Shown piece after piece: positions 23,016-36,378 of a DNA stretch of 64,000 bases. Location of the stretch: positions 22,459,062 through 22,523,061 of the forward strand of contig NC_057719.1 in the NCBI RefSeq assembly GCF_004010195.1, read 5' to 3'. The stretch comes from Chiloscyllium plagiosum (Eukaryota). The notes beneath the pieces were generated by a model that worked only from the letters and a program-made list of their open reading frames with translations, searched no databases and was not told the DNA's origin. The first letter of the stretch is position 1. The number at the start of each line of letters is the position of its first letter. Position numbers and translations under genes: made by a program.

Positions 23016-26000
23016 CAGATGTTTTAATTGAAATAGGATTGAATAAAGCTCATGTGTAGCATATAGAACAGCATAGACCAACTGGGGACAAATAGCTTGA
23101 TTCTATATATATTCAACATAATTAAAGATTAACTGGTAATCTCACAAATATTTGCACGATTCTTGTTACGAGGATAAAATAGCCCTTGCATAACATGAAA
23201 CTTCAGAGTTGTAATATCTAATCAAATCATGCTTAGCACAAATTAAAATCATTCCTAGGTAATGCTTATGTGTAAAACCTAGCCTAACTTTAAATGTGCT
23301 TTGAAGCAGGTCTGCATGTATACTGATGATAAAATTCACATCACCTCTATTAGAGTTGTCATTACCATATGTAAATAATATACTCTGTGACACACTGCCA
23401 CCTTCAGTCACTGCAAGAGGGAAGACTGGACGTGCAATGACATTGTATCTCAGCTTCTAAGAAAATCAGGCTAGAAAACAATTATGGTATGGTTTTAAAC
23501 ACTATTCTGTTGTAAACACTAATTTGTTGTAAGCATCTATAGCACAGCATATTACAAATGCTGTTCTATGTGCCATCTGTAACATGTAATTTTTCTCCTT
23601 TTGTAGCTTTTGCTTTTGTAATTCATGCTTACTTTATTAATCTAATAGCAGAAATCTGACAATAAGTTAAAGGAATCTATTTAAGAGCATTTAGAAGTTA
23701 TGCAACATCGTGTGCTGTCTAATATCATTATAGTTGGAAAAAGAGAAATAATAACGTCACAAAAGCACTTCTGTGAGCTCAATTACTCCTCGGTTAAGAG
23801 AAAAGTAAGGATTGCTGAAAATTTGTTTGTCTGGCTGGTTCTCACTAAACCTCACCTCACACCCTTCCATTTGTACCTTTTTTACTTCTCTTCATCCTGC
23901 AAGACATCCCTCATGCTGTTCTGTGGCCTTTCATTAAAAAATAAAAACACAGAAATTTCAAAAGATGGGTCAATTATGTCGAAACATTTTTTGGCGAAAC
24001 AACATGAGGTGTACGACTAAGTGGATCACTTTTGCAGATGACAAAATGATGGACAGAATAGTTCCATTCTGTGCTATGTATACTAAACTTTAACATTGAC
24101 CAGTACACATTCAGCTGACATGGACATATGGCAGACAGGGTATGGTGATGTGAACATCTCCTGTTGATCATTTTAGCAAGTAAAGAATAATTTAGATCAT
24201 AAAAACATCTTCACTAAAAATGATCAGAAGGGAACAATGTGACTCCTATCATGTGAGCAATACACAAACATAGGTACAAGACATATGTGAACTCTCAATG
24301 TAGAAACGTACCCTGTATCTTGGTGATGGCAGAAGTGTGGGGGGTCATGAATATACATCTTGTTCCCAGTTTGCTTGGCATTATTTTATCGAAGTAATTA
24401 CACATTTTTTTTATTTATTTGCTCTTATATTAAGACCTTTTTCCCAACTATTTCTTTTGGAAGGTGCAGGATTGTAGACATAAATTCATACTGCAGCTTC
24501 ATATAGATGCAAATAATCTAAGCCTTGAGTCAATGTTGAAGACTGCAGCTGTCACTGCTATAATTTACTGTTTAGCAACCCCATTAACTCATTGAAAAAT
24601 ACACAGAACGGAGTCATTCATGAGGTGCAATTAATTTATTCTGTGTTTTATTCAGTGAGCTTTGCAAGAAAATCTGCTTGATGCCACAACGAAAATTGAG
24701 TCCCAGGCTTCCAGTACTTGTGAACAGATAGCCACATTTCCCAGATTAGGCACAAGGGGGCTCCTTGTATAAATACAATCCATCTTTATTTTTGATGTGC
24801 TGCAGGGTTGAGTGCTTGAAAATTCGCACTCAAAAATGCCACAACAACATCTCAGTAACACTAGAGTATATGTGATACATTTTATTTAAATGTCTCACCT
24901 CTGATGTTCCAATCTAAGATATTTTCAAAGGACAAAACTGAAGAAAATAAGAAAAGAATAACAGAGGCTGTCTCAGAAGGGCATCATGATTTTTATTCGG
25001 TAACCTCAGCTGAGCTGGAGACTGAGTCAGAAGCAGTATACAATCTTCCAAATCCCAGGGAGAGATTACAGCCTCTGACTCATGTTGGTGGAACAGTTAT
25101 TATTGATTACATAAATATTGTCATCCCTGTTTCCAGGATCCATGACGATATCAACAACTGATTAATTGTGCCTTGATACTGTAAGGGCTAGTAGGAAAAG
25201 GTAATTCATTTCACCCAATCCCTTCAGATCCTGGTGCTAATATGTAAAAGCAAAACAGCAAAGTCAGTAAATTGTGAATTAAAATGCAAGCATTAATAAC
25301 AATGCATTGAAGTTTGAGGGGGATCCTTAATATCCCTCTGGGGAGTGGGTGTGGACAGCAGATGGCATTGTGTTTGCTTTTGATTTGTGTTGTCCGTGTC
25401 ATTGATATATGATAGCATATACCTTTATAAATCAAAGCTTTTCAATGGAATAACTCCAGGTTATATTGATTGATTGATTGACTGATTGATGATCAGCATT
25501 TGATGACTGCCATTATCAACGAAAATCTAAGAGATATGATTTTTGGATTGTGTCCATTTTTGCTCATTTAACCTTTGACTCCTGCTGTGTGTCTCTATGT
25601 TTTGCCAGTTAGTTGACACTTGTATAAAATCTGATTGCCTGATTTATTGGTAATCCTTTTGAAACAAAATCACATCTTTCTCCCTAGTTTTGTCCAATCC
25701 TTGCTGGCTCCACCCTTGTCCAGCTGGAAAAGCAAGAAAGTCCAGGCTGAAAATATTTCCGTCACTGTAATCAATGTATTTCCTTGACAAGATTTTGCAT
25801 GAGAAGGTACGTTTCATGCCGGGAGAGCCAGACAATGGGTCTATTTACATTGGGCAGCTGGGTAGTGAGGGACTTCCTCAGCTCTGCGCATTATACAATG
25901 TAGTGGCAGAAGGAGGTCTATGTTTTGTTTATTCAGCAGGATTAACAAATTTATCAGGCTTCGTCAAAAAAACTCCAAGGCTATAAATCACTTCTCCAAT

Positions 26001-26369
26001 TGAAAATAAGTTTTGCATTCAACTCGGTCTGGCACAGCATGGAAAATCCTGACAAAATAATCGCAATGTTCTACTTACATTATAGCACCTCAAAAGCCTG
26101 CAATTATAATCTAATTATGAAGACATAGAGTCCTTTATGCAATAGATTCCCTCTCTGGCACTTGACATAAAGTGTCACGAACATCAAACATAAAAAAGCC
26201 ACCCAAACTATAAACATGTAACATACAGACATTCCCTTGATGTGTCTTGCACATGGAAATATTGCCAATGTTTCTACTTTGGACAGTCAATGTAAGTACA
26301 GTCAGAATATCAGCTGTCTTGTCATTTTTATCTGGACCTCCAAATCTGTTTATTTATTTATGTTTTCTC

Positions 26370-27690
26370 TTTCTTCCTGGGGTGTGGGTATCATTGACTA
26401 GAGCAGCATTTACTGTCCATCCCAAGTTGACTTAAAGAAGACTGTGTTGAACCGCTGTACCTTCTTGAACAGCAACAGTCCATTTGGTGCAGGTACTCTC
26501 GTAATCCAGTTGTGGAGGGAGTTATTGGATTTTTACTCATTGTCAAAAAGGAACAGCAATGTATTTTTAATTCAGGATGGTATGTGGCTTGGAAGCACAT
26601 GGTGCTGCCCTTGTCTTTCTCGATGATAGTGGTCACAGGTTTGGAAGATACTGCCTAAGAAGTCTTGGTAAATTTCTGCACTGCCTTTTGTAGGTTATAC
26701 AAATAAAACAAAGAACTGGGGATGCTGTAGATCTGATCATAAATACTCCTGCTACAAAGTGCTGATGGTGGAGGGAGGGAATGTTTGTGGATGCAGTGCC
26801 AATCAAGCAACCTGCTCTGTCCTGATGTTGTTGAACCTCTTGAGTGTTGTTGGAGCCGCATACATCCAGGCAAGTAGGGAGTATTCCATCACACTCCTGG
26901 CTTGTGCCTGTAGTTGATTGACAAGCTTCAGGGAGTAAGGAGGTGAGTTACCTACAACACAATTCTTAGCTTCTGACCTGCTCTTTTAGCCACATTATTT
27001 TTTTGGCTTGTCCGATCAGTTTGAGTTCAATAGCAGATCCCAGCATGTTGATAATAGGGGATTTAGTGATGGTAATGCCAATGAATGCCAAATGGCAAGA
27101 GTTAGCAGTTTTCCTGTTGGAGATGGCCATTGCCTTATGCTGTTTGGCATGCAAGTACTCCTATTTTGAGGGTTCATTATGAGGTATGCCTGTTGTTGAT
27201 CTTGGCATGCCCTCCTGCACTCTTCCTTGAACAGAGTGGATCACTGTCTTTATTGTAATGGTGAGTGGGAGATATGTTGGGCCATGAATTGTGATTGAGT
27301 ACAATTCTGTTGGTACTGAATTGGCCCATTGTGTTTCATGAATGCACAGTCTTGAGCTGCTAGATCTGTTCAAAGTCCCGGTGATAGTGCCACCCAGCAC
27401 GATGGAGGGTATTCTCAATGTAATGATGGGATTTCATCTCCACTTCCTGCATGGTATCTCTGTTACTGGAACTATCATAGATAGATGCACCTGCAGCAGG
27501 CAGATTGTGGAGGAAGAGGTAAAGTGTGATTTTTCCTCCTGTTAGTTCCCTCATCACCTGCTGCAGACCTAGTTTAACAGTTAGGACTCAGCCAGCTCAT
27601 GCTATTGTGGAAAAAGCTCTTGGTAATGGACATTACTGTTCCCCCACTCATGGTTATTTCTTGCTGTTGTCACTCTCGGTGTAAGAGCTG
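26370..27690 (-). mobile_element. Decayed LINE of a second CR1/L2-group family (ORF2 3' half and 3' UTR)
   Basis: Minus frame AQARSVMEYSLLAWMYAAPTTLKRFNNI; 3' end gcagcatttactgtccatccc shared with SINEs at 30.1 and 45.6 kb. Confidence 0.8.
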
Positions 27691-27860
27691 CAGTCTTCTG
27701 CTCCTTAAAGGACATTAGTGAACCGAATGGATTTTTTATAGGAATTGATTTGATTTTCAATTGACTTTTCATTCCAAAATTTTTTTTATTGAAGTCAAAT
27801 CACCACCTGTCAGAGTGAGATTTGGACCTCAGTCTCTGGATTACTATGCCAACATGTCTC
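27690..27860 (-). mobile_element. tRNA-derived SINE fragment (family 2)
   Basis: aaggacattagtgaacc...ttattgaa.tcaaat..caccac; homologous to 45605-45912. Confidence 0.7.
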
Positions 27861-28986
27861 CACTTATTATGCATTATCATCAGATATATTATAATATACT
27901 TTATAGCCCTTACGACTAAGAAAGCTCTGCTAAGTTGGATTGGAAAAAAAAGTTTTATTCACTGTCCCCTTTCCAGGAAAAGTTAATGCTTTGAGAATCT
28001 GAACATTCCATGCAAATCTTTTGTCAAAGAGTGTAATATTTGTTTTTTTTTCCCAATGTGTCCTGAATGACATCTACAGACAAACACAATAGTTTGAGGT
28101 TTTCATATAAAATTGGATAGATTTAGGAAATTCGATCCTCCAAAACACTGGTAAAGATCCCAAAATGCAACACAATTGGATATAATCTGATGCAGATGTC
28201 AGTCAAAGGCACTTAATTACAAAAATTTCAAGCTATAGATTTGTTTTTGTGAGAACCATAAACAAATGTATACATTTTAAATGATTCTCTTTTTTACCAA
28301 CTCCATTCCTTTGCATGGTTGGATACTAATGTGAAGAGGATTTGTGTATAGTTGCTCAAATATTTGTTTCATAGCAACTTGAGGATTAGCTGCAAGTTCT
28401 CTCGAATGTTTGTTTGTTGTGCACAGCCAGTATGTTGAACTATGTGGTTCATCAGTGCAACAGTGCACACACATACCTTAAAAGGATAGTGAGTTGTGTG
28501 CGGCTACTGTGCAGGACAATCCCAATCTTATATGAAAAAGGCCAATTCTGGCTTGGTTTGCCTTCTGAGAGGTAACACATTCCACCTTTTTGCCCTTTAA
28601 GATGTCCATGCTCAATTAGGCTTCTGGGGTTTTCCCTGCAATCTTTCCGGTCTGACATTTAATGATCCACAAATCAGGCAATTATAATTAATACACTAAG
28701 TGAATTATATAGGTTGGCAAAAAAGAAGAAAATAAGCAATTACTGAAATAATTTTGCATTTGCAATATCTTCAGGAATTAAGGCAACTAATTATGGGTTG
28801 TTGAATATTAAATCATATAAAAAAATTTAATGACTTAATTATGAATAATTCATTCTGAACCTGTTATGAACTATATTCCATTTGATTATCTTGTTGATTG
28901 AATTTAAAAACCATTGAATCAGGTGTTGGTTGCTTTTTGACAAATTTTCTCACATTTAAAGATATAAATTAATTTCTTATCTTATG

Positions 28987-29891
28987 TGTTATGAAGACAC
29001 TTTATATTTGTTATTGATTGGAGATCTAAAGTTTTGTAGAGTTTTGGAAAAGGAATTTATTTCAAGTTTTATAGATATATCTGGACACTTTGAAAGAGAT
29101 AAAAGTCCACTGGCAGCACTGGAGATTTCATAAGAAAACTTTCTAGAAATCACATTGCAGTTAGCTTTATGGGAGATCCTGCTGGGGGATTTTTAGAATA
29201 AGAGGCCTGTTTGGAGAGGTGTTCAGTTGGAGGGAAGCCCGCTAAGAACAAGCTGATTTGGAGGAAAGCTTGCTATGAACAATCTGCCCAGCTGATATCT
29301 CCCATTTCTGAAAACATCTGTTTGGAATGAAACTACGTGTTCTTTTCAATGTATGATTTTTTTTTTTAAATTCAAAATTTAATTTCTTGAGCAAGCTCTG
29401 TTTGGAATAATTTAGTGGCAATCATCTGTGATAAGTGCCCTGACCATATACATCACAATATCACAGTGATAGACTGCAGGACTCCTATGCTTTATCTTTT
29501 TTCCTTCAAGAATAAGCTATGGGACACAATTTTATTTTTTGTAGAAAGCCAATCTTTGCAGAATCTTACTAAAATCTTTTCTGACAGAGTGCCTGTATTT
29601 GTTTGTATTTTGTCGCTATTTAGAGGGATGGGCATTTACAGTTCTACATTTCTGACCATGTATATTAACCAAGATTTGCATCTTTAGTGAATAAGTTTTC
29701 TTTTGATAATAAACCTAGAATTGTGTTTACTAAGGAATTGGTTTATAGATATTATTGTTTAAAAGCTGATGTCAATAAGATACTCAATTGGTCATCATGG
29801 TAACTGGAAAAATTATCTTTATTTTTATCTTCTTACATATGGAGAAGTGGGGTGAGAACAACAATGCACTCTTCTAGCACTGGTTATTACA
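28987..29891 (+). repeat. Possible solo LTR
   Basis: Starts TGTTATG, ends TTATTACA, internal AATAAA, LTR-like composition; no clear TSD. Confidence 0.35.
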
Positions 29892-30149
29892 TGGGCAAAT
29901 GTTATATTACTATTTCAATGAGAGTAAAGTTGCTGAAATTACACGTGACAAGTGATAGAGCCAGTCACACTTCAGTGAGATGGTTCTTTACATACAATTA
30001 TTAAATATGGGACTTCAAAAGGCATATTGCTCAAAGCAGTTTAGTAATTTGGTTTATGCTGTGCTAAGGAATGGACAAAAAAATTGAAAAGCAGATTTTT
30101 TTTTATATAGCCCACAAGCATGGCCATGTTTGTAATGGTTATAATGTGG

Positions 30150-30495
30150 GCAGGCAGTGATGATGTTACTGGATTAGTAATCCATAGTTCCAGACTGATA
30201 TGCAGGAAATGTGAGTTCAGATTTCACCTTGACAGTTGGCAAAATTTAAATTCTACAAACAGCCTGGAACTGAAAGTAAGCTATATAATGTCTGTCAATT
30301 GCTATTTGTTCACTAATGCACTTTGGGGAATGAAATCTGCATTCTTATGTCTTTATGACTCTGGACCCACAATGTGATTGACTTTTGACTGCTCTCGAAA
30401 ATGTCCTGAGTAAGCCATTCAATTTAAGGGCATTTAGGGACAAGCAATGAATACTGGTCCAGTCAGTGACATCCACATTCAATGAAAGAATTTGA
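30150..30495 (+). mobile_element. tRNA-derived SINE (family 2)
   Basis: actggattagtaatcca...gagttcaga (B-box-like)...gttcactaatg...tail tttagggacaagcaatgaatactgg...gacatccacattcaatgaaagaat. Confidence 0.75.
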
Positions 30496-32014
30496 AAACA
30501 ATCTGAACATATTTGATGAGCCTAAATTGGAGCAGTCGGTTGTAATAAATCATGCAGGAAATTGCTGAAAAGACTAGAACATCATTGTGAAGTGTTTAAA
30601 TTTAGGAATGGCACTGGCTCCACTTCCTTCCCTGAAGCTACACAATCTGGTAAATAGGAGAATAATTCCCTTGTCACCTTGAATCATAATTATATGATCT
30701 AATTGTAAAGTCCAAAACATGTGCTTTCCAGTGCATGCCAGTAGCACACAATGAAGTCTCTTACATCCTTGAAAATGTGTACTTCATCATATGTTATTTT
30801 ACAAATAATCTACTCAAGTATTGATATCCATCTTCATGTAATGTAGCTAGGCCTGGTTCCTGATTTGGCACAGGCCTAAGGTTGGAATGGTAATGGTGCT
30901 GAAGGTGTGTTCCTGGCCAAAGCCTCACTTTTACCATTATTCGCCTTCTCTGTGCTCAGCACAGGGAAGCCAGATTAAATCAAACTTGTCTGTTTTTGCT
31001 ACAATCCCTGTGGATAAGAAGGCCAAAATACCAGGGAAGCCCAAATATAAATAAATACTGAGCTTTAAACCTCCAGGGCTCTTGGCTGCTACCCAATTTC
31101 AGTTCAAGTCTGTTCAGACTTGGGCCTAAGTGAAATCTAGTCAAATGACCTAAACAGGACGCCATCTTTTCATGTGCAAGCACAAATCATCTCAGACATG
31201 TTTAGTATGGCAGTTGCAGCTGCAAATGTGAGCAGCAAAGCTCTTCAGTAAGTATAGTTCTCTCTCACCTTCCCATTTTAAATACAAAACCAGTGAATTG
31301 AATCCATACTGCCATGTAGCTGATGCATTTGTTCAGCCTGTCTTAACAACCTTGCTGCTACCAGGAGAGGTTTTATTTCTCTCTGTAGGTTGACTTTTTT
31401 TTCTCTTGAATACCTGCTACCATCAACCTCAGTAAGATGGGGTGAAGCAGATTATGCACAAGACAACAATACGTTCACTTTAGGAACATGCTTCTATTTT
31501 AGTTTTCACTTACTAATAACTCAAAAATAACAAATAATCCTTGTCAGCTTGGATTCCCCTGGGTTCCTCCATGTCCCCAGTTCACACTATACAGCTCACT
31601 CATCACATTCTGTTCTTTCCAGCATCAGACTGCAGCACAACGACTGAAGCGAGCGATTACTCTCAGAATGGTTTAAGAGATTGGCTGTTCCCATTGTGCA
31701 CAGCAATCTTATCACTGACATGTAAAAGGATGAAGTTGTGGACCTACATCAAATGTTATAGAAATGTCAATACTTCAGCAATAAAACTTCATGGCCAATG
31801 TTTTAGTTTCCTTTTTCCCAACCTTGCTGGCAACACGTTTCCCTTCTTCGAACAGTCCATTGAAAATACAAACTATAATTTTAAATCTTGATTGTTCTCA
31901 AGACAAATGTTAATTTGACTTTGAAAATGTGTGCCAGGGCACAACTGGGAAATTAAATTCAAATTAAAATGCGGTAAGAATGGCAGGATCTTAATTAGAT
32001 GATACAAATCGTGC

Positions 32015-32510
32015 TACACATACACGCACTCTCTCATAGACACACATAACCGCTCCCCCCCCGCCCACACACACTCACATGCACACACACACATAAAAGT
32101 TTGTGGGGTGAATTTGTACTTGCAGAATTACATTTTGTTTTGCTCAGAAACTGTATGAATCCATGTAAGAGTCTCCAAATCCCTTTTTTAGATTAGAATC
32201 AGTCTGAACATTGGGACACAGACAGTCTCACCAATTATTAAAGACCACATGAGAATGTAATTTTAAAGAAGTTCTGCAATTTACATATGAAAGAACTGAA
32301 ACCAACATGTTCATTCTAAAAGAGAACAGACTTAACAAACAGTCCAGCTCTTTTTCAATATATAATTTCAGTTACATCACTGTAACCTTTTGCTATTAAT
32401 TCCATGTTTTGTGATCTTATACTCCACAACCACCTAGAGCAGTGCTCCAAAAGCTAGTGCATCCAAATAAACCTGTTGGACTATAACCTGATGTTGTGTG
32501 ATTTTTAACA
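32015..32510 (+). mobile_element. PLE 3' region (third family)
   Basis: End gagcagtgctccaaaagctagtgc.tccaaataaacctgttggactataacctg.tgttgtgtgatttttaac; GAGC/GCTC stem remains but the CUGANGA part is missing. Confidence 0.7.
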
Positions 32511-32759
32511 TGACACAAATCAACTGCAATAAGACATTGGGTGGAATTTAATGACCTTGCTGCACCAAGATTGATGGAGGGATTTTTCAGTGAGGTAATG
32601 GGGACTATGTTGCCTTTTTGCATCTGTTATGATTAAAAAAGGGAAAGCCCTTGCATGACCTCCTGTCACACTGCCAACTGAGGTCCTTATGTGGGCTTCA
32701 TCCAATTACCACCGTGGTCCCAGCTCAGTTATAACAACAGGGGCTTTCTGATACAAGGT

Positions 32760-33240
32760 GAGCTTGGAGAACTGACTATTCATTTCCTTGGAGTAGAGGA
32801 GATTAAGCTGCAATCTGATGGAGAATATGACAGATTTGGATAACGTAGACAAGGAAAAACTGTTCTGACCAGCTAATAATACAAGAGTGGCAGGATTTTA
32901 ATTAGATGATACAAATTGTGATGCACATACACGCACTCTCTCATAGACACTCATAACTCCCCCCACCTCAGTTCTTCAGGCTAACCATCTAGTGGTCACA
33001 GGTTCAAGATTTTGAGTAAGAGATGCGGGGGAGAAGTAAGGGAAATATTTTTATGCAGCAGTTGGTGGAATTTGCTGCCCACAAGAACATGAAAACAGCT
33101 GATTAGTGATTTCAAAGAAAATCAGAAGCTAACTCGAAGGAGAGCCAAGAGGAAAGTGGGGTAATCGGACTTTTTTTCCCCACAGAGACATGGATTTGAT
33201 GTGCCATATAGTCTCATCTGTGTAAATAATATGACTTTAA
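32760..33240 (+). mobile_element. Old CR1 3' fragment with an internal insertion
   Basis: tttccttggagtagaggagattaag...gtagacaaggaaaaactgtt...ctagtggtcacaggttcaag. Confidence 0.7.
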
Positions 33241-33401
33241 TCTATCTGCCACTGCAAAGTTACTTACAGTGATATGTTGTAAAATGACTTTGTCCGTATT
33301 AATGGTAATCCAAATGTAGTTCGCAGACAGAATAGATTCGATCAGAGATTTGCCACCCAGCCATAACGGCGTTGTAGATTGCTCTTTGATTATTGAAGAT
33401 A

Positions 33402-33615
33402 ACTGCCCTATCGCATTTCCAATACCCCTCCCCCATGTCCCTCCTCCCTACCTTTTATCTTAACCTGCTGGGCACACTTTCCTCATTCCTGAAGAAGGGC
33501 TCATGCCCGAAACGTCGATTCTCCTGCTCCTTGGATGCTGCCTGACCTGCTGCGCTTTTCCAGCAACACATTTTCAGCTCTGATCTCCAGCATCTGCTGT
33601 CCTCACTTTCCCCTC
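33402..33615 (+). mobile_element. Short PLE 3'-end insertion with 14-bp TSD
   Basis: pLTR plus tail; TSD gattattgaagata at 33388-33401 and 33616-33629. Confidence 0.92.
33489..33516 (+). ncRNA. Hammerhead ribozyme core (PLE)
   Basis: ctgaagaagggctcatgcccgaaacgtc. Confidence 0.6.
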
Positions 33616-36089
33616 GATTATTGAAGATAGTCAACTTTCAGTTCTAATGATTATTTGGAATTAGTAGGGGATACGCAATGGGAATTATGTACCAAGAGCT
33701 GAAAGCAGGCATTACCTGCACAGACTATTAATAGGTTCAGCCTGTTTGGAAGTTTCAGTTTAGCAAGGAATTTTTGGATAATTGATAACTTGAAAGCACT
33801 GATAGGTGCAAACCAGAAACATTTAAGTTTAACATGAAACACTCATTAGAAACAATTTTGGTGAAGACTGCAACTGTGGACGCCATACATCTAAATCTAC
33901 TGAAGCTGTAGATTTTTCTGGCTTGCAAATCCAGGTCAATGCAATGCATCTGACCAGAACAACCATACCTCAAAATTCAAATTTAATGGGAATGACAACA
34001 TTGGCACATTGAAAATACACAGTTGAAAGTAAATCTGATATGGCAGCATTTAACCAATTATTGCTTCAGCAGATTCCATCTTGTAAGGTTACAAGCATAA
34101 GTAATATTCAAATAATTCAGTAATAATTGTAAATATGATACATTGTCTTTGGCTTACTATTGGAAGTTGGTTCTCATCATTTTCACATAAATGCTAAGTA
34201 TTTTTGTCTCATGGCTGTACCACCTACGGTTTCCATTAACAGCTCTTACGATGTTTAATATATATTTATAAACATGCTGAGATTGATTTTCTGCTGTGCA
34301 TATATCACTTCAGAGGAGTACATATCACAGTTACATTGGGAAAACTAGTAGATCCCTCAGGGAAAGATAAACTTTTGAAAATGTCGAGGACTGTTTTCTT
34401 TCCATGGGGGTTTTTGTCGGTCTCCTGCTGGAGTTACAGAGGTAGGTCAGTACAATCTTATAATTTATTATGGCTCATGCTGTTCACTGCAATATACAGT
34501 CATCAAATATAAAGGGAACACTTCCATTTTATGTAGTCGCGTTCATGGTATTTCAAAACACTTCAGAGTCAAATAACTTCTCCTGAAGTATACTTTTTGT
34601 TTATATAGACAGATATACCATTTAGGGTTAGGTCTTCAGACCTAAGAATGACACTCTTGACTGCTTTATGCCAATTAAGTGATTTATCTTTCATATGGAG
34701 GACAGAAAAGAAGGCTCCATCTTGTCAGGAATTTTATATTGAACCTTCAGGAATTGGCAGGTGCAGGGTGAATTTTGGGGTCCTGTGCGGACATTGCAAT
34801 GATTTTGTGTTCAGAATTTGCCTGATTAATCTGACAGGCAATATGAAGCCTAGTGAAAAAAGAAACAGTGAATAGTGCAGTAATATTGCATGATGAGCCT
34901 CAGCAACTTTTTGCAAGGCTAAACGAGTGAGGTTTGAGATTAATTGTCAGTAATCATTTTGCTGAAGCAGTTGCACGACTTATGGAAGCCTCAAGGTCTG
35001 AATGTCTTCTAGACAATGGTCTTGATATCGGATCATTAATTTCTACACACTACAGGCTGACTCATCACCAGAAACAGAGCAATCAGTAAATATGTCACTA
35101 TTGCGCTGTCTATCAAATCAATTCATTTGCTGTCAGCTGCCTCAGGAGTAGCTGAAGAAAGGGGTAGATTTCATTCATGTGCTGCTGCACAAGTCTTCCT
35201 TCAATTCTGTAAGTAATAAAAGCTCAATCCTATTGGCTTGCCACATTTTTCTTTTGAATGACTGATGCAGCAATTAAACATCTCACTCACTTGCCAACAA
35301 CGTTCAAAACTGTTAATCAAGCCCTCAGCTACGGCAATTGATGACAGGTATGTAAGTTTGCTGTACATAAAGCAGGCTGTATCTGCTGTCCTATGCTACA
35401 CATTAAAAGTGAAAATTGTGAGGACATGCAGAGCACGGATGGAGCACTATGCAATCTGTGTGGAATTAAATTGAACATGCATGGCATAAACAGGTGATTG
35501 AGCTCAATATTACATTAGCATTTATTCTCTATATGAGTCTCCAAATATTACTCGTTATTAGACAGTATCAAAATAATCTTCTCTTCCTGTCATGTGTTTA
35601 TCTCACATTCCTTTCAGCGTATCTATGCTTTTTACCTAAACTACTCTTTTGTCGTAGTTAATTCTACATTATAACCATTCTCTAGGTAAATACATTTCTC
35701 CTGACATCTCCTGAGTAGAGAAAATACCTTCTATCAAACTTTCCAATAATCACAGACTTTTTCAGATTTAAAAGTCCTAACTTGTTCGATCACTCCTCTC
35801 AAGTATAATCTCTCAGTTCTGGGTTTTATCCCTGTAGTTTTTCTTTCACTTTATTCCAGTGCCTCTATATCCTTGTAATAACTTAAATCTCAGGATTATG
35901 CTGCTTCAAACATAGCCTAAGATAGAACCTATTGATGCCTGAGAACACATCTTGTACATCATCTCTATCGCAAGAAATAAACACAAATTTGCAGCAACAC
36001 TAAGTGGCCAAGTTAAGTTGGCAATTGATCAAGACAACAAGGAGTAACACCACAAGAAAATCATTAAAGTTAGCAAAATGATTTCATCA

Positions 36090-36378
36090 CTGTGGCTCAG
36101 TGGTTAGCACTGCTGCCTCACAGCACCAGAATCCCAGGTTCGATTCCAGCCTTGGGCAACGGTGTGGAGTTTGCACATTCTCCCCATGTCTGCGTGGGTT
36201 TCCTCTGGGTGCTCTGGTTTCCTCCCATAGTCACAAAGGTGTGCAGGTCAGGTGAATTGGCCATGCTAAATTGCCCATAGTGTTAGGTGCATTAGTCAGG
36301 GGTAAATGGGTCTGGGTGGGTTACTCTTCGGAGGGTCGGTGTGGACTGGTTGGGCCAAATGGCCTGTTTCCACACTAT
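36090..36378 (+). mobile_element. HE1-like V-SINE
   Basis: gtggctcagtggttagcactgctgcctcacagc (A box), ggttcgattcc (B box), V-domain, tail ggcctgtttccacact. Confidence 0.95.

Noticed and set aside
28452..28658. 68-aa minus ORF ending at an AAG|gtatgt donor
   Set aside because: No recognisable homology or convincing acceptor/promoter; compatible with chance
36090..36165. tRNA genes at SINE heads
   Set aside because: A/B boxes run into V-domain bodies and LINE-like tails; no complete cloverleaf
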